The translations under genes and the position numbers were made by a program. A stretch of 29,195 nucleotides of DNA from Bacteroidales bacterium (lineage in GTDB: Bacteria; Bacteroidota; Bacteroidia; Bacteroidales; UBA12077), in NCBI GenBank assembly GCA_028282585.1, contig JANQHR010000022.1:1-29195 (forward strand), read 5' to 3'. The notes below the pieces were generated by a model. That model worked only from the letters and a program-made list of their open reading frames with translations, searched no databases and was not told where the DNA came from. Positions 16,662 to 26,243 of the stretch are shown piece by piece; positions within the stretch are counted from its first letter, which is position 1, and every line of letters begins with the position of its first letter.

Positions 16662-17312
16662 TTATAAATCGTCTGTATGGTAAATTAAATGCAAAAATCC
16701 CTTTTGTTCCTGATGTACGGGATTTGAAGGTTTAAGGATATAAAAGTAAACCCCCGGGCTAACTAAGCTACCTGAAGAGTTCCTACCGTCCCAAACTATA
16801 ACGGGAGATGTGTCTTTATAAACTAATGTTCCTGTTTGGCTATAAATAAATATCTCGATCGGATCAATACCATTTGCTCTTACTATAAAGAAATCGTTTA
16901 TATTGTCATCGTTTGGGGTAAATACATTAGGTACACGTATTAAATCTTGAATGTAAGCTGTATCTGTAGCTATATATGTCTCTCCTGTAGCATCCTCAGT
17001 AACGGTAAGTACTATTTCATAAGCTCCGGGTGCATTATATCTATATATTGCTTGATGAATATTTGCAACACCTGTCGGTCCGACATCTCCAGACCAATTA
17101 AAAGTATATGCGCCATTTATAGTATCTGATAATTCAAATTCTTCATAAAGCGTATCGGTTAGTTCAAAATTTACCTTAAATGCTAGGCAATTTACTTTAT
17201 AAGCATTTCCAACATCAGGCATTATATGAAAGGTGACGGTATCTACTTGAGCAAAAATATTTTGCGTAAACAATAAAAAGAAAATATAAATAATTGCTTT
17301 AAATCTACCCAT
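16662..17312 (-). CDS. Small T9SS type-B CTD (gliding motility-associated C-terminal, CHU_C) protein with PKD-like domain
   Basis: Signal peptide ending IFA-Q. PKD-like Y.F.W...Y..PG.YEI.LTV. CTD motif VPNVFTPNDDNINDFF...WDG...GVYFY. Confidence 0.88.
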   Translation of the reverse strand: MGRFKAIIYIFFLLFTQNIFAQVDTVTFHIMPDVGNAYKVNCLAFKVNFELTDTLYEEFELSDTINGAYTFNWSGDVGPTGVANIHQAIYRYNAPGAYEIVLTVTEDATGETYIATDTAYIQDLIRVPNVFTPNDDNINDFFIVRANGIDPIEIFIYSQTGTLVYKDTSPVIVWDGRNSSGSLVSPGVYFYILKPSNPVHQEQKGFLHLIYHTDDL

Positions 17313-17359
17313 TAATTAACATTTAATCACGTAAATATATAAAATACGAATTTATAATC

Positions 17360-18463
17360 TTAAATTTTCTCAGTTAATTTTTTAACCACTTTCAAATTGT
17401 TAAAGAATTCTTTTGCAATAACCCTCAGTATTGTATAAGACGGTATTGCCAGTATCATTCCGGTTATTCCAAATAAGCTACCTGCACACATTATAACTAA
17501 AAATATCTCTAAAGGATGAGCATTTACACTACTTGAGTATATAAAAGGCTGAAAAACAACATTATCAATAACTTGTACAATGATAAAAACAATGGTCATA
17601 TACCCCAACAATGGAAGTAGTTCGGTGTAAAACGACAGATCAAGGTTAGTAGCTAAACCGAGTACCAATCCAAGTGTTGCTCCAATTACCGGCCCTAAAT
17701 AAGGTATAATATTAAATAGTCCAACAACTAACGCAATAACCAAAGCATCGGAAAAATCAACTCCAACAATCGTTAACCCTGTGGATGCCAGTGTTATAAT
17801 ACCACTTATTTGCACTATAATACCAATAAAATATCTTGTTAATAACTTTTTTATGGATAGAAGAATATTGGTTGTTTTTTCAACAAATTTATCCGGTACA
17901 AACAATAAAATTCCTTCGCTTAAAAGACCTCTATCTTTTAAGAAGAAAAAAGTTATGAATGATATAGAGAATGCAGCTATAAATATATTTCCTAAAATAC
18001 CTGCTATCGACCCAAAGAAATCGGATAGCATTGATACGCTTAAAAGCGACATAAATTTATCTCTTAAATATTGCTCAACAGATTGATCAGAATCTCCTCC
18101 AATATTATATTTAACCAAAAGATCTTCAATCTTCGCAATTGGTTCTTCCAGATTATTAATTATAATATCGGGATTTATTTCTGAAAGTTCGCTTGCCTGA
18201 TGTGCTACCAATGGAATAAATATCTTGAAAAATATAAGAATCAAGATCCAAATAATAATAACAGTAAAAAGTGAAGCTAGAGCATTAGGAATTCGAAGTT
18301 TCTTATAGTTAATTTTACTAAAGAAACCCATTAAAGGTCTTCCAATTAATGCAAAAACAGAAGCAATAAGAATATATGCTACAATTGATTTAAAATACCA
18401 AAGAATAAATCCTACAATAACAACTCCAAGAGTTATGAACAAATAGCGAATATTCTTATTCAT
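17360..18463 (-). CDS. AI-2E family (UPF0118/PerM) transporter
   Basis: Multi-TM. FFFLKD, NIIPYLGP, QVIDN.VFQP, HPLEI and GMILAIP. Confidence 0.93.
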   Translation of the reverse strand: MNKNIRYLFITLGVVIVGFILWYFKSIVAYILIASVFALIGRPLMGFFSKINYKKLRIPNALASLFTVIIIWILILIFFKIFIPLVAHQASELSEINPDIIINNLEEPIAKIEDLLVKYNIGGDSDQSVEQYLRDKFMSLLSVSMLSDFFGSIAGILGNIFIAAFSISFITFFFLKDRGLLSEGILLFVPDKFVEKTTNILLSIKKLLTRYFIGIIVQISGIITLASTGLTIVGVDFSDALVIALVVGLFNIIPYLGPVIGATLGLVLGLATNLDLSFYTELLPLLGYMTIVFIIVQVIDNVVFQPFIYSSSVNAHPLEIFLVIMCAGSLFGITGMILAIPSYTILRVIAKEFFNNLKVVKKLTEKI

Positions 18464-18579
18464 AATTAAACTTTAAACTAACTTTGTGATCTAAGCATTA
18501 TTAAATCTCAAAAATCAAACTAAAATAAGCTTTTTTCGCCGATATTAATAATATTGGCGGAATATAAACCGTGGAGCAC

Positions 18580-19518
18580 ATGTTTCAGTCACATTTAGGA
18601 GAATTTGCTGCTTTATTAACAGCAGTATTTTGGACAATTACAGCAATCGCTTTTGAATCAGCTGGTAAAAAAGTTGGTTCGCTATCAACTAATTTGATTA
18701 GGTTATTCTTAGCTTTTATTTTTATAGGTATTTATAGCCAAATAACCAGAGGTTCTTTTATTCCGTTTGATGCGTCTACTCATAATTGGGTTTGGCTATC
18801 ACTTTCAGGATTGGTAGGGTTTGTAATTGGCGATCTGCTTTTATTTGAGGCTTATGTTGTTATTGGATCAAGAATTTCTATGTTAATTATGTCATTAACT
18901 CCTCCAATAACAGCTTTTCTGGGCTGGTTAATTATGGATGAAAGACTTACAAAGCAAAACTTACTTGGAATGTTTTTAACTATTCTTGGAATTATGCTTG
19001 TTGTTCTGGATAGAAAGACAAAGAACAGTTCTATGAAAGCGGAGAATACACAGAGTATTGGAAAAAGAAATAAAATAAAATTTTCTTATCCGATTGTTGG
19101 GATTTTACTCGCTTTTGGTGGTGCTATTGGACAAGGTTCTGGTTTAGTTTTAAGTAAGTTTGGAATGCAAGATTTTGATCCATTTGCCGCAACTCAAATA
19201 AGAGTAATAACAGGCTTTGTTGGCTTTGCAATTTTATTTGTTTTTATGAAGCATTGGAAAAAGGTTTTGGAAGCAGTTAAAAACAGAAAAGCAATGAGCA
19301 GTTTAAGTATTGGGGCATTTTTTGGACCATTCTTAGGTGTGTCATTTTCATTATTATCGGTACAATATACTACAACAGGAGTTGCTTCAACCATTATGGC
19401 AATTGTTCCGGTTCTGATAATTCCGCCAGCAGTAATATTTTTTAAAGAGAAAATTACATTTAAAGAAGTTATTGGTTCTGTAATTGCCGTTGGTGGTGTT
19501 TTTTTATTTTTTATGTAA
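18580..19518 (+). CDS. DMT/EamA family transporter (start ATG 18580, or GTG 18571)
   Basis: About 10 TM in two EamA repeats. SGLVGFVIGDLLLFEA, GPFLGVSFSL and FFKEKIT. Confidence 0.92.
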   Translation: MFQSHLGEFAALLTAVFWTITAIAFESAGKKVGSLSTNLIRLFLAFIFIGIYSQITRGSFIPFDASTHNWVWLSLSGLVGFVIGDLLLFEAYVVIGSRISMLIMSLTPPITAFLGWLIMDERLTKQNLLGMFLTILGIMLVVLDRKTKNSSMKAENTQSIGKRNKIKFSYPIVGILLAFGGAIGQGSGLVLSKFGMQDFDPFAATQIRVITGFVGFAILFVFMKHWKKVLEAVKNRKAMSSLSIGAFFGPFLGVSFSLLSVQYTTTGVASTIMAIVPVLIIPPAVIFFKEKITFKEVIGSVIAVGGVFLFFM

Positions 19519-19521
19519 AAT

Positions 19522-19550
19522 AAAAAAAGCTGCAAATGCAGCTTTAAAAA
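19522..19550. terminator. Terminator between the convergent EamA and hypothetical genes
   Basis: aaagctgca-aa-tgcagcttt with a flanking A-tract. Confidence 0.75.
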
Positions 19551-19566
19551 TATTTATTCTTTGTTC

Positions 19567-19974
19567 TTAATTGAAGTTCTGTTTAAAAATCTGTTCAACA
19601 AGCTGTCGCATTGCCGAACGTTTAGTATTAAAATCAAATCCTTTTGCTTGTTTTACAGAAGTTACTTCGCGAGTTGAATAAATAACATTTTCAGTTTTTA
19701 GATCATTAAATGTTGCATTTGTTATACAAACACCAGCACCTTCAAATCGAAGAAATACCTTCATGATAAAATCAGCTTCTTTTTTGTTATCTACTACTTT
19801 CCAATAGCCCCACGATTCTATAGCATTTTTCAAATGAACCATTGCATTATCGTCATGCGATGATAAATAAACCTTATTCCCCTTTTTTGCAATATCATAA
19901 ACTTCCTGAGGAATATTATCTTGTTGCTGAAAATTAAATAATAACGTGAATAATAATAAAATTGATGTTTTCAT
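19567..19974 (-). CDS. Hypothetical exported protein (135 aa)
   Basis: ATG start, signal-peptide-like N-terminus and plausible composition. Co-oriented just downstream of psd. No family recognised. Confidence 0.7.
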   Translation of the reverse strand: MKTSILLLFTLLFNFQQQDNIPQEVYDIAKKGNKVYLSSHDDNAMVHLKNAIESWGYWKVVDNKKEADFIMKVFLRFEGAGVCITNATFNDLKTENVIYSTREVTSVKQAKGFDFNTKRSAMRQLVEQIFKQNFN

Positions 19975-20003
19975 TTGTAAGGTTTTTTATAATAATTATT
20001 AGA

Positions 20004-20660
20004 TCATAACCTTGCAAGAACTGTACCAGTTCCTTTTGTTTTATCTCCTAATTTTACTTCAACCTTCGCATCTAAAGGAAGAAAAATATCAACACGTGAT
20101 CCAAATCGGATAAATCCCATTTCAGAATTTTGGTTTACCTGATTACCTTCTTTTGCATAACAAATTATTCTTCTTGCTACTATGCCGGCAATTTGTCGAA
20201 CTAATACTTTCTTTTTATCCTTTCCTTCCAGAACAACAGTTGTCCTTTCATTAAGCGTTGATGATTTTGGAACTCTGGCCATTAAAAATTGTCCGGGATG
20301 ATATTTGTAATATTTTATCAAACCGTTAATGGGGAACCAATTGATGTGAACATTCCAAACCGACAAGAAAATAGAGATCTGGATTCGTTTATCTTTAAAA
20401 TATTCCTCCTCTTTAGTTTCTTCTATGACCAAAACCTTACCATCCGCAGGTGCATAAACTACGCCATTTTCAATTCCAATTTCGCGATTAGGTTTTCTAA
20501 AGAAGCGGACTATAAATGAAAAGAACAAAAATGAAACAATCCCTAAACACCACGTAACTAAAAAATAGTTTGAAATTAGAAAATATACCAAGAGATTGAT
20601 AACCAATAACGCGAAAAAAAATAGTGCAACTATTTTCCTGCCTTCCTTATGAATTGTCAT
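20004..20660 (-). CDS. psd: Phosphatidylserine decarboxylase proenzyme
   Basis: FFRKP.R, APADGKV, SIFLS..NVHIN, NERT, QIAG..ARRI and autocleavage site RFGSRVD. Confidence 0.96.
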   Translation of the reverse strand: MTIHKEGRKIVALFFFALLVINLLVYFLISNYFLVTWCLGIVSFLFFSFIVRFFRKPNREIGIENGVVYAPADGKVLVIEETKEEEYFKDKRIQISIFLSVWNVHINWFPINGLIKYYKYHPGQFLMARVPKSSTLNERTTVVLEGKDKKKVLVRQIAGIVARRIICYAKEGNQVNQNSEMGFIRFGSRVDIFLPLDAKVEVKLGDKTKGTGTVLARL

Positions 20661-20673
20661 GTTTTATGATTTA

Positions 20674-21483
20674 TTAAATTATTTGTAAATATAAATAAAA
20701 TAGTGGCAAGGTAAAATATACTGCATCAAACCGGTCCAGAATTCCTCCATGTCCGGGTAAGATGCTGCCTGAATCTTTTTCATCAATATTTCTTTTGAAA
20801 GACGATTCTACTAAATCTCCATATGTTCCAAAAATTGCAATTGTAATTGATACAATTGCCCATTGGATAAAGCTTAAATCGTTATAAAATAAAGAAATAA
20901 CAAAGGCTACTCCTAAAGTAGAAACTGCTCCTCCAACAAACCCTTCCCATGACTTTTTAGGAGATATTCTTTCAAATAATCTGTGTTTCCCAAATGAAAT
21001 TCCGAAAGCATAAGCCAATGTATCAAATGACCAAGTTAGGAAGAAAAATCCTAATAATAACTGCCAATTGTACCCTTCATTATCCTTAAATATTATATAA
21101 TTTGAAAGGGATAATGGAACAGCTATATACAAAATTCCTAAAACGGTAAATCCAATATCAACAAAAGCGTAATCAGATTTTCGATATAGTTCAATAATAA
21201 ATATACTTATAATGACAGGAATTATGCCTAAAAAGATCCTTGAATCAACTAAGTTATTCGCAAAAAGATAATTGGCAGCAAATACTAATGTGCCAATTAC
21301 CATACCGTATATTTTTTGTGGATTAAATCCTTTCTTTTTTACCAATGTATAAAACTCATACATTGACCCTAAAATAATTAACTCAAATAAAAGAAAGAAA
21401 CTATATTCGCTAAGGACAATTGAACCTATAACAACAATTAAAAAGATAACTCCTGTTATAGCACGTACAACTATATTACTCAA
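20674..21483 (-). CDS. cdsA: Phosphatidate cytidylyltransferase (TTG start)
   Basis: DTLAY..G, ISPKKSWEG and GDLVESSFKR...KDSG.ILPGHGGILDRFD. Confidence 0.97.
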   Translation of the reverse strand: MSNIVVRAITGVIFLIVVIGSIVLSEYSFFLLFELIILGSMYEFYTLVKKKGFNPQKIYGMVIGTLVFAANYLFANNLVDSRIFLGIIPVIISIFIIELYRKSDYAFVDIGFTVLGILYIAVPLSLSNYIIFKDNEGYNWQLLLGFFFLTWSFDTLAYAFGISFGKHRLFERISPKKSWEGFVGGAVSTLGVAFVISLFYNDLSFIQWAIVSITIAIFGTYGDLVESSFKRNIDEKDSGSILPGHGGILDRFDAVYFTLPLFYLYLQII

Positions 21484-21494
21484 ATTTTAACTTT

Positions 21495-23618
21495 TTATTG
21501 TTCTTTATTTTCTTCTTCCTTTTTATCTTCTTCAACTGTTTTTTCAACCTCCGTTATCGAAACTGCTTGTTCGGTAGAAGAACTGGAAAGCTTCTTTTCT
21601 TCTAGTTCCTCTTGTTTTCTTTTTTCTTCCAACTCCTTTTTTATTTCTGCTTCTTTTTCATGAAGGCTTTTCCAGGGACGTTTACCAAAGATTTTTTCCA
21701 AGTCTTCTGTGAAAATAACCTCTTTTTCAAGCAAGATTTCAGCCAATTGAGTTAAACCATCTTTATGCTTTTCTAAGATCTCTATGGAACGTTTGTAAGC
21801 TGTTTCGATCAAATTTTTAACCTCAATATCTATAAGCTCTGCTGTTTTCTCACTATATGGTTTTGTAAATGCCATATCTGTTTGTCCGGAAGAATCATAA
21901 AAACTTACATGACCAACCTTGTCACTCATTCCAAAATACGCAATCATTGCATAAGCTTGTTTTGTAATCTTTTCAAGGTCGTTCATGGCACCTGTTGAAA
22001 TTTTACCAAACATCAGTTCCTCAGCAACACGCCCCCCCAATGCAGCACACATTTCATCCAATAACTGGTCGCGTGTTGTAATTTGCCTTTCCTCGGGCAA
22101 ATACCATGCAGCTCCCAATGCTCTCCCTCTGGGAATAATAGTAACTTTTACCAATGGATGAGCATGTTCCAACAACCAACTTACCGTCGCATGCCCGGCT
22201 TCGTGGAATGCAATAGTTCTCTTTTCTTCTTTTGTAATAATCTTGGTTTTTCTCTCTAAACCACCTACAATTCTATCAACAGCATCCAAGAAATCCTGAC
22301 GTTCAACAACTTTTTTGTTTTTACGAGCGGCTATTAAGGCAGATTCATTACAAACATTTGCAATATCTGCTCCGGAAAATCCAGGAGTTTGTTTTGCAAG
22401 GAACTCAATATCCAAATTAGTTTCAAGCTTAATTGGTTTAAGGTGAACCTTGAAAATATCTTTACGCTCGTTAATATCTGGTAATTCCAAATGAATCTGT
22501 CGGTCAAAACGTCCTGCACGCATTAATGCTTTATCAAGAATATCAGCGCGATTTGTAGCTGCCATTAAAATTACACCTGAATTATTACTGAAACCATCCA
22601 TTTCAGTTAATAATTGGTTCAATGTATTTTCGCGTTCATCATTAGCTCCGAAGTTTGGATTTCTTCCACGTGCACGGCCTATAGCATCAATTTCATCAAT
22701 AAAGATAATACAAGGAGCTTTTTCTTTTGCTTGTTTAAACAAGTCACGAACACGTGATGCTCCAACTCCAACAAACATCTCAACAAAATCTGAACCTGAC
22801 ATCGAAAAGAAAGGAACATTTGCTTCTCCTGCTACCGCTTTTGCCAATAGGGTTTTTCCTGTTCCCGGAGGGCCTACCAATAAAACTCCTTTCGGAATTT
22901 TACCTCCCAGATCCGTATATTTTTTTGGTGTCTTTAAGAAGTCTACTATTTCACGAACTTCAATCTTTGCTTCTTCTAATCCGGCAACATCCTTAAAATC
23001 TACCTTTATGTTGCTTTCTTTATCAAATAATTGTGCTTTAGATTTTCCAACATTGAAAATGTTTCCACCTGCGCCTCCACCTGCACCTCTTGACATTCTT
23101 CGGAATATAAAAATCCAAATTGCCAAAATGATAAAAATTGGCAATAACCAACCAAGAATATCACGCATGTAGTTTGGTTGGGTTTTATAACTGATTTCAA
23201 TATACTCTCCTTTTAAATAAGTTTCCTGAGCCTCGCTTATCCATCTTTCAAAATACTCCATCGAACCAATGGTAAAGAAGAAATGGGGTCCCTCTTTAGA
23301 AGTTCTTGCAAATCCATTATCAGATAAATCCTCATATCTTGGATCAGTTAAACGATCCGCTTTAATATAAATATTTGCGCGTTCCTTATTTACAACAACT
23401 ATTTTTTCTACATCTCCATTTTTAAGCATGTTCCTTTCGAACTCCTGCATGCTTATTTCAGTTGGCTTCGGAGAAAAGCTTAAAAGTTGTAATCCTATAA
23501 ATACAACAGCTATTAAACCATAAATCCAATAGACATTAAATTTAGGTTTTGGTTTATTCGGATCTTTTTTATCCGTAGGTTTGGGATTCTTATTATATTG
23601 TTTGTTATTATCTGCCAT
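21495..23618 (-). CDS. ftsH: ATP-dependent zinc metalloprotease FtsH
   Basis: 2 TM, Walker A GPPGTGKT, Walker [12 protein letters not shown] and HEAGH zinc motif. Confidence 0.99.
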   Translation of the reverse strand: MADNNKQYNKNPKPTDKKDPNKPKPKFNVYWIYGLIAVVFIGLQLLSFSPKPTEISMQEFERNMLKNGDVEKIVVVNKERANIYIKADRLTDPRYEDLSDNGFARTSKEGPHFFFTIGSMEYFERWISEAQETYLKGEYIEISYKTQPNYMRDILGWLLPIFIILAIWIFIFRRMSRGAGGGAGGNIFNVGKSKAQLFDKESNIKVDFKDVAGLEEAKIEVREIVDFLKTPKKYTDLGGKIPKGVLLVGPPGTGKTLLAKAVAGEANVPFFSMSGSDFVEMFVGVGASRVRDLFKQAKEKAPCIIFIDEIDAIGRARGRNPNFGANDERENTLNQLLTEMDGFSNNSGVILMAATNRADILDKALMRAGRFDRQIHLELPDINERKDIFKVHLKPIKLETNLDIEFLAKQTPGFSGADIANVCNESALIAARKNKKVVERQDFLDAVDRIVGGLERKTKIITKEEKRTIAFHEAGHATVSWLLEHAHPLVKVTIIPRGRALGAAWYLPEERQITTRDQLLDEMCAALGGRVAEELMFGKISTGAMNDLEKITKQAYAMIAYFGMSDKVGHVSFYDSSGQTDMAFTKPYSEKTAELIDIEVKNLIETAYKRSIEILEKHKDGLTQLAEILLEKEVIFTEDLEKIFGKRPWKSLHEKEAEIKKELEEKRKQEELEEKKLSSSSTEQAVSITEVEKTVEEDKKEEENKEQ

Positions 23619-23633
23619 TACTTATTATCTCCA

Positions 23634-24038
23634 TTATTTATTATCATCATGACGTGTAAGCTTTGCATCAGCCCACAAGTCTTCTAATTTGTAAAAATCT
23701 CTGTATTCTTTCTGAAATATGTGTACAACTACATCACTATAATCTAATAAAACCCATGTTGCAGTATTTAAACCTTCTTTATGCCAAACTTTCTCTCCGG
23801 TCTCTTGTTTTACAACCTCAAGTACAGAGTCAGCAAGAGCCTCAACCTGTTTATTTGAATCACCATGACAAATTATGAAGTATTTACAAACTGAATTTTC
23901 TATCTCTGTTAAATCCAAACTTACCAGATCTTTTCCTTTCTTTTTAAGTATTCCCTCTAATACTGCACTAACTATTTCTTTGGTGTTTGTTTCCTGCCTG
24001 CTGGAAGGGTAGGTTTCTTTACTTAATTGTTTAATCAT
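23634..24038 (-). CDS. rsfS: Ribosome silencing factor RsfS (Iojap)
   Basis: KKGKD, YFIICHGDSNKQV and WVLLDYSDVVVHIF...RDFYKLEDLW. Confidence 0.96.
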   Translation of the reverse strand: MIKQLSKETYPSSRQETNTKEIVSAVLEGILKKKGKDLVSLDLTEIENSVCKYFIICHGDSNKQVEALADSVLEVVKQETGEKVWHKEGLNTATWVLLDYSDVVVHIFQKEYRDFYKLEDLWADAKLTRHDDNK

Positions 24039-24055
24039 TCACGATTTATTTTGGG

Positions 24056-24063
24056 CAAAGGTA
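24056..24063 (-). promoter_or_regulatory. Bacteroidota -7 box for rsfS-ftsH-cdsA-psd
   Basis: TACCTTTG on the minus strand, 17 nt upstream of the rsfS ATG. Confidence 0.65.
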
Positions 24064-24297
24064 ATTATTTACCTTCATTTTTAAAACTCTGTTTATCTAT
24101 CCGTTATTGTTTCCAATCAAATTATTTGAGTTGATTTTATGTTCAAAAACCGTTCCTTTTAAACATTGATGGTTACTGATTTGTTTACACGGTAAAATTG
24201 TCACTTTTTTATGATTTTTATATTCTTTTTTTAAGAAATTGTCATGAAATTTTAACTTTTGTCATATTTGGAAATAACTTTACAAAAAAAGCGAATT

Positions 24298-25038
24298 ATG
24301 GAAAGCTGGCAAAAAATAATAAGTTTTAATAAAGTTGATTCTACAAATTCTTATTTTTCTGATCTTTTAAAAGTTCAGGATTTTGCTGAAGGTTCGATTA
24401 TATCAGCATTATATCAGGAATCGGGGAAAGGTCAGGGTAATAATACATGGGAGAGTAAAAAAGGAAAAAACTTATTATTAAGCATTGTTTTGTATCCTGT
24501 TATTTTACCAATTGACAAACACTTTTTGTTATCAAAAGCTGTTTCGTTAGGAATTATAGATTATGCTTCAACTAAAATTGCTGATGTAAAAATTAAATGG
24601 CCAAATGATATATATTTTGAGGATAATAAATTAGCAGGAATTTTAATTGAAAATGTAATCAAGGGGAGTAAAATAAATCAAAGTATTGTTGGGATCGGGA
24701 TAAATCTAAACCAAACTAATTTTACCAGCGATCTTCCAAACCCAGTATCTTTAAAACAAATTACGAATAAAAACTATTTAATTGAACAAGAAATTGTTAA
24801 ACTTAGAAATAGCATCCGTTTTTACTACGAAATGCTAATGAAAAAAAAGTATTATGAAATTAATTCTGAATACTTAAAATGCTTATACAGATATAATTCG
24901 TTTAATGAATATAGAAGTAATAATAAGACTTTCACGGCTAAAATAACTGGAGTTAGTGAACTTGGATATTTACAACTCGAAACCAAAGAAAATGAGAAAA
25001 TGGAATTTGATTTCAAAGAGGTTGAGTTTATAATTTAA
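24298..25038 (+). CDS. birA: Biotin--[acetyl-CoA carboxylase] ligase without DNA-binding domain (start most likely ATG 24298)
   Basis: VDSTN, QESGKGQ..N.W, IKWPNDI, KLAGILIE and GIGIN. Confidence 0.95.
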   Translation: MESWQKIISFNKVDSTNSYFSDLLKVQDFAEGSIISALYQESGKGQGNNTWESKKGKNLLLSIVLYPVILPIDKHFLLSKAVSLGIIDYASTKIADVKIKWPNDIYFEDNKLAGILIENVIKGSKINQSIVGIGINLNQTNFTSDLPNPVSLKQITNKNYLIEQEIVKLRNSIRFYYEMLMKKKYYEINSEYLKCLYRYNSFNEYRSNNKTFTAKITGVSELGYLQLETKENEKMEFDFKEVEFII

Positions 25039-25140
25039 ATTATATCAAACAATTAATAACTAAATATCAATTTTAATCTCCAAACCCTTTTGTTTGTTTT
25101 TAAAAATTTACATGAATTTGATTTCTGAATTTTGGAATTT
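25038..25140. repeat. Second, more degenerate heptamer-periodic inverted repeat between convergent birA and SRPBCC genes
   Basis: Left aaatatc aatttta atctcc aaac, centre caaac...gtttg, right gaattt gatttct gaatttt ggaattt. Confidence 0.45.
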
Positions 25141-25145
25141 ATCCG

Positions 25146-25574
25146 CTATTCTTCTTTGATTTTTTCATTAAAAAACACAACTAACTGATCAACAATTACA
25201 TCGACACCTTTTTGGAGATGTTTACCAACCATCATTTTCATCATTGGATTTAAGTTTGCATCAATTGTCAAACGAATTGCAGTAGCCTTTTCTTCACCTT
25301 CAATTGGTTTAAGCTGAATCCAGAAAAAGAAACTAAATGGAGTTTTACCATCACTGGTTATCTTAATAAGTTTATAAGGTTCTTTTTCTGTAATCTTTAA
25401 TCCTGCCTGTCCAACTCCATCAATAGAAAATCTACAAGTATCTTCTGTTGCTTCAAAATCTTTAACTTTACCTTCAGGAATAACAGGTTTAATATTATTA
25501 AAATCAGTTAAGAAATTATAAATCAACTGATCCGATTTCTTTATTTTTCCAATCTTGCTTGTGTATTTACTCAT
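25146..25574 (-). CDS. SRPBCC (START-like) family protein
   Basis: IYNFLTDFNN...P and NLNPMMKMM. Typical Bacteroidota neighbour of pyrE. Confidence 0.8.
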   Translation of the reverse strand: MSKYTSKIGKIKKSDQLIYNFLTDFNNIKPVIPEGKVKDFEATEDTCRFSIDGVGQAGLKITEKEPYKLIKITSDGKTPFSFFFWIQLKPIEGEEKATAIRLTIDANLNPMMKMMVGKHLQKGVDVIVDQLVVFFNEKIKEE

Positions 25575-25598
25575 AATTTTAAATATAATCTTAATGAA

Positions 25599-26231
25599 TT
25601 AATTTCCCCAATTCTCAGGATCCTTTCTCCAGCTTTTCAATGCCTCAATATCAGATTCCTGAATATAATTTGACTCCAGTGCATATTTTATTAATATTTC
25701 ATAATTACTTAAAGTACTTAATACAACTTTCGCATTTGAAAAATTATGTTCGGAGATATGAAATCCATATGTAAAAATAGCCACCATTCCCAACACCTCA
25801 ATATTTGCATTTCTTAATGCCTCAACTGCCTTTAGGCTACTTCTTCCTGTGGAAATTAAATCTTCAATTACAACTACTTTTTTACCAGCTTCAATTTCTC
25901 CTTCGATCATATTACCTAAACCATGCTCTTTTGGTTTTGGTCGAACATAGACAAAAGGTAAATCCATAGCTTCAGCCACCAAAACTCCGATTGCAATAGC
26001 TCCGGTAGCCACACCAGCAATATAATCAGGGGTTCCGTATTTTTCTTTGATTATTTTAACAAATCCATCACGAATCTCATTTCTAATTTCGGGATAAGAA
26101 AGTGTTTTTCGGTTATCACAATAAATTGGAGATTTCCAACCTGAAGCCCAAGTAAAATGATTTGCAGGTTGTAACTTTATTGCCTTAATTTGTAGTAATG
26201 ATTGAGCGATTTTTTTTCCTAAATTTTCCAT
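25599..26231 (-). CDS. pyrE: Orotate phosphoribosyltransferase
   Basis: FTWASGWKSPIYCDNR, YVR..PKEHG and PRPP-binding motif VVVIEDLISTG. Confidence 0.97.
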   Translation of the reverse strand: MENLGKKIAQSLLQIKAIKLQPANHFTWASGWKSPIYCDNRKTLSYPEIRNEIRDGFVKIIKEKYGTPDYIAGVATGAIAIGVLVAEAMDLPFVYVRPKPKEHGLGNMIEGEIEAGKKVVVIEDLISTGRSSLKAVEALRNANIEVLGMVAIFTYGFHISEHNFSNAKVVLSTLSNYEILIKYALESNYIQESDIEALKSWRKDPENWGN

Positions 26232-26235
26232 GCCA

Positions 26236-26243
26236 CAAATGTA
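26236..26243 (-). promoter_or_regulatory. -7 box for pyrE overlapping the NUDIX start codon
   Basis: TACATTTG on the minus strand, with 4 nt between it and the pyrE ATG. Confidence 0.55.

Noticed and set aside
11890-23878. Remaining 60-113 aa ORFs overlapping DAHP-CM, cydA/B, the CTD gene, AI-2E, EamA, psd, ftsH and rsfS
   Set aside because: All overlap confident genes in other frames or strands and have no recognisable motifs.
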